Translations under genes and position numbers: made by a program
The notes under the pieces: generated by a model
The model's database searches: none
Told to the model about the DNA's origin: nothing
Seen by the model: only the letters and a program-made list of their open reading frames with translations
Source: an uncultured Thermoleophilia bacterium
Lineage (GTDB): Bacteria; Actinomycetota; Thermoleophilia; UBA2241
Direction of reading: 5' to 3'
NCBI GenBank assembly: GCA_963717965.1
Contig: CAVQXS010000004.1
Span: 1,228-65,227, forward strand
DNA: 64,000 bases
Shown: positions 61,893 through 64,000 of the stretch, piece after piece
How the letters are laid out: each line of letters opens with the position of its first letter
Numbering within the stretch: the stretch's first letter is position 1

Positions 61893-62486
61893 ATGGAAGA
61901 CGCGGTCGAACAGCTCGACAAGCTGGCGCGGAGTGTCGGTGAGTGCATCCGCTGCGACGAGCTCGTGGCGAACCGCCTCCGCGCCGTCCCCGGAGGCGGC
62001 CACCCGCACTGCGCGGTCATGCTCGTCTCCCTCGCGACCGACCCGCACGACGAGGATGACGGCAGGGTCGCCGGCGAGGCGCTGCTCGCCGAGCTCGCCG
62101 AGTTCATGCCGGCCCTCCTCGAGAGCCGCGACCAGGTCTACGTGACGGCGCTCGCGAAGTGCGTGCCGCGCAGCGACTGCGCCGTGCGCGGCCCGAGCGC
62201 CCAGGAGCTCGACAACTGCTTCCCGTACCTCTCCAAGGAGCTGACCATCACCACGCCGCACTACGTGCTCACGGTCGGCGAGGAGACCACCCGGTACCTG
62301 CTCGGCAAGCTCTTCAAGGGCCGGCCCTACGAGCCCGGCGACTCGCTCGAGCTCAAGCTCTTCGACAACCCGGCGTTCAAGATCGTCCCGGTGGCGACGC
62401 CGGCCGAGCTGCGCGAGCGCGACCCGAAGGCGCGCAAGGAGTACATGGAACGCCTGCGCGCGCTCGCGCAGGTGATGGGCCTCTAG
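61893..62486 (+). CDS. Family 4 uracil-DNA glycosylase-like protein with altered catalytic motifs
   Basis: CIRC, KCVP and NCFPYL retain the 4Fe-4S ligands; GEAPG is replaced by SLATD and HPAA by TPAE; AAGGAG RBS. Confidence 0.75.
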   Translation: MEDAVEQLDKLARSVGECIRCDELVANRLRAVPGGGHPHCAVMLVSLATDPHDEDDGRVAGEALLAELAEFMPALLESRDQVYVTALAKCVPRSDCAVRGPSAQELDNCFPYLSKELTITTPHYVLTVGEETTRYLLGKLFKGRPYEPGDSLELKLFDNPAFKIVPVATPAELRERDPKARKEYMERLRALAQVMGL

Positions 62487-62522
62487 AAGACCGCTCGGCG
62501 GCCGCTCGGCTCGCGGCCGGGG

Positions 62523-63413
62523 TCAGGGCACGAGCACGCGCAGCGCGCGCGGCACGACCCGGCACTCCATGGGCAGCTTGCCGGCCATCTCGCCGTCGGT
62601 CTGGACGAGCACTTCCTTGCCGTCTTCGACGGTGGCGATGGACGCGCGCTCCGTGCGGAAGTACTCGACCTTGGGATGCTTGATGTGGGCGTTGATGAGC
62701 GCGGCGGTCCAGTACCAGGCGGTGCTGAGGAACGACTTGTCCGTGAGCACGCAGACGTCCAGCAGGCCGTCGCGCATGTCGGCGAGCGGGGTGATGCCGA
62801 ACGCGCCGCCGTAGTTCGAGGAGTTCCCAAAGACGGCGAAGTAGCCCTCCACCGTGCGCTCATCGCTGATCACCCGGATGAGCGCCTCCTCGCGCGTGAG
62901 GTAGTTGGCGAAGCCCTGCACCGCGAAGGCCGCCTCTTTGAGCGCCTTCTTCATCGTCGGGTTGAGCGAGGCCACGACGGCCGCGTCCATGCCGACCCCC
63001 GCCATGAGCCCGAAGTAGCGCTCGCCGGCGAGGCCGAGGTCGATCCACGAGATCGTCCCCGACCCCAGGAGGCGGACCGCGTCCGGAGGGTCGAGCGGGA
63101 TGCCGAGCTCCATGGCCAGGACGTTCACCGTGCCGGTGGGGACGATGGCCAGCGGCGTCTCGCTGCCGGCGAGGCCGTTGATGATCTCGTTGACGGTGCC
63201 GTCGCCGCCGACGGCGCAGACCACGTCGAACCCCGCGACGACCGCCTCGCGCGCGAGCCACGTCGCGTCGCCCGGCGCCTCGGTCTGGAGCTCCTCGACC
63301 TCGTACCCGAGGCCGCGGAGCGCGGCGAAGATGAGCGGCAGGTCGCGCCGGTACCCCCCGCCGCCCGAGTGCGGGTTGAAGATGCCGGCGAGCCGGCGGC
63401 CGGCCACCGTCAC
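62523..63413 (-). CDS. Diacylglycerol/lipid kinase family protein (YegS/BmrU)
   Basis: NPHSG, GGDGTVNE, PTGTVNVLA, DGLLD, QTDGE. Confidence 0.9.
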   Translation of the reverse strand: MTVAGRRLAGIFNPHSGGGGYRRDLPLIFAALRGLGYEVEELQTEAPGDATWLAREAVVAGFDVVCAVGGDGTVNEIINGLAGSETPLAIVPTGTVNVLAMELGIPLDPPDAVRLLGSGTISWIDLGLAGERYFGLMAGVGMDAAVVASLNPTMKKALKEAAFAVQGFANYLTREEALIRVISDERTVEGYFAVFGNSSNYGGAFGITPLADMRDGLLDVCVLTDKSFLSTAWYWTAALINAHIKHPKVEYFRTERASIATVEDGKEVLVQTDGEMAGKLPMECRVVPRALRVLVP

Positions 63414-64000
63414 GCCAGGGCCTCCTGCGCATCCGTCGAGAGGCGAAGGACGCGGGCGTAGCCGGCCGCGCGCGCGAGCTCGGCGGCGCGCGCGAACCCG
63501 TGGCCGACGTCGCCGGGCTTGTGCGCGTCCGAGCCGAGCACCAGCGGGATGCCGAGGCCCTGCGCCTCGGCGAGCAGCGCCGGGCCGGGGAAGGCCTCGG
63601 CGACCGGCTTGCGCAGCCCGCCGGTGTTGAGCTCGATGGCCATGCCGGCCGCCGCCACGGCGCGCAGCGCCGCGGACGCGGCGGCCGCGACCGCCTCCTC
63701 GTCCTCCGGCGGCCCGAACTTCTTGGCGTGGTCGAGGTGGCCGATGATGGTGAAGAGGCCGCTCTCCGCGGCCTGCCTCGCGAGCCCCAGGCTCTCCAGG
63801 TGGATGCGGTCGAGCCCGTATTCGGCGAGCCGGCCCGCCATCTCCGGATGGTCGAAGCCGAAGCGGTCGCCGACGATGTGCACGGAGCCGATCACGTACT
63901 CGAAGGGGTACCCGCCGAGCACCTCGGCGGTGCTGCTCCAGCGTCTCGGGGATGAAGTCGGCCTCGATGCCCAGCAGGATGCGCAGGTCGGCGGCGTACT
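63410..64000 (-). CDS. HisJ-family PHP phosphatase (histidinol-phosphatase-like); 5' end outside the window, frameshift near 63930
   Basis: LGIEADF, IGSVH, GHLD, ELNTGG, LGSDAH. Confidence 0.8.
   Translation of the reverse strand, partial: STPPTCASCWASRPTSSPRRWSSTAEVLGGYPFEYVIGSVHIVGDRFGFDHPEMAGRLAEYGLDRIHLESLGLARQAAESGLFTIIGHLDHAKKFGPPEDEEAVAAAASAALRAVAAAGMAIELNTGGLRKPVAEAFPGPALLAEAQGLGIPLVLGSDAHKPGDVGHGFARAAELARAAGYARVLRLSTDAQEALA

Noticed and set aside
60154-62486. Streptomyces-type conservon (cvnABCD)
   Set aside because: A roadblock gene is present, but there is no histidine kinase, DUF742 or GTPase.

Overview
High-GC bacterial DNA, most consistent with an anaerobic, deep-branching Actinomycetota (Thermoleophilia-like). 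This is inferred from codon bias, gene content and repeated TANNNT-N6-start leaderless promoters. Many single-base frameshifts in conserved genes suggest a long-read assembly. In order, the window holds: (1) ymdB and a TasA/SipW-class locus, including a frameshifted gene whose product has two canonical C2H2 zinc fingers, a membrane/signal segment and a Cys-containing 24-bp tandem-repeat linker; (2) a complex I (nuo) operon in which nuoI is split in two, with an HydBC/Bfu-type NuoE-NuoF plus a NuoG/GltD(Nfn)-type subunit inserted between and fused to the two halves (the most striking feature); (3) tatA/B-tatC and a class A PBP; (4) a ~28-kb surface glycan locus (wzm/wzt, WsaF/WsaE-like GTs, a coiled-coil CmcI methyltransferase, O-antigen ligase, GT-C proteins); (5) an iorAB-ACT-paaK-GNAT-AOR-aldolase cluster; (6) a GGTACC array followed by a degenerate GGDEF, roadblock and catalytically altered UDG cluster, a DAG-kinase-family gene and a partial PHP gene. 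No rRNA, tRNA, CRISPR or transposase was recognised.
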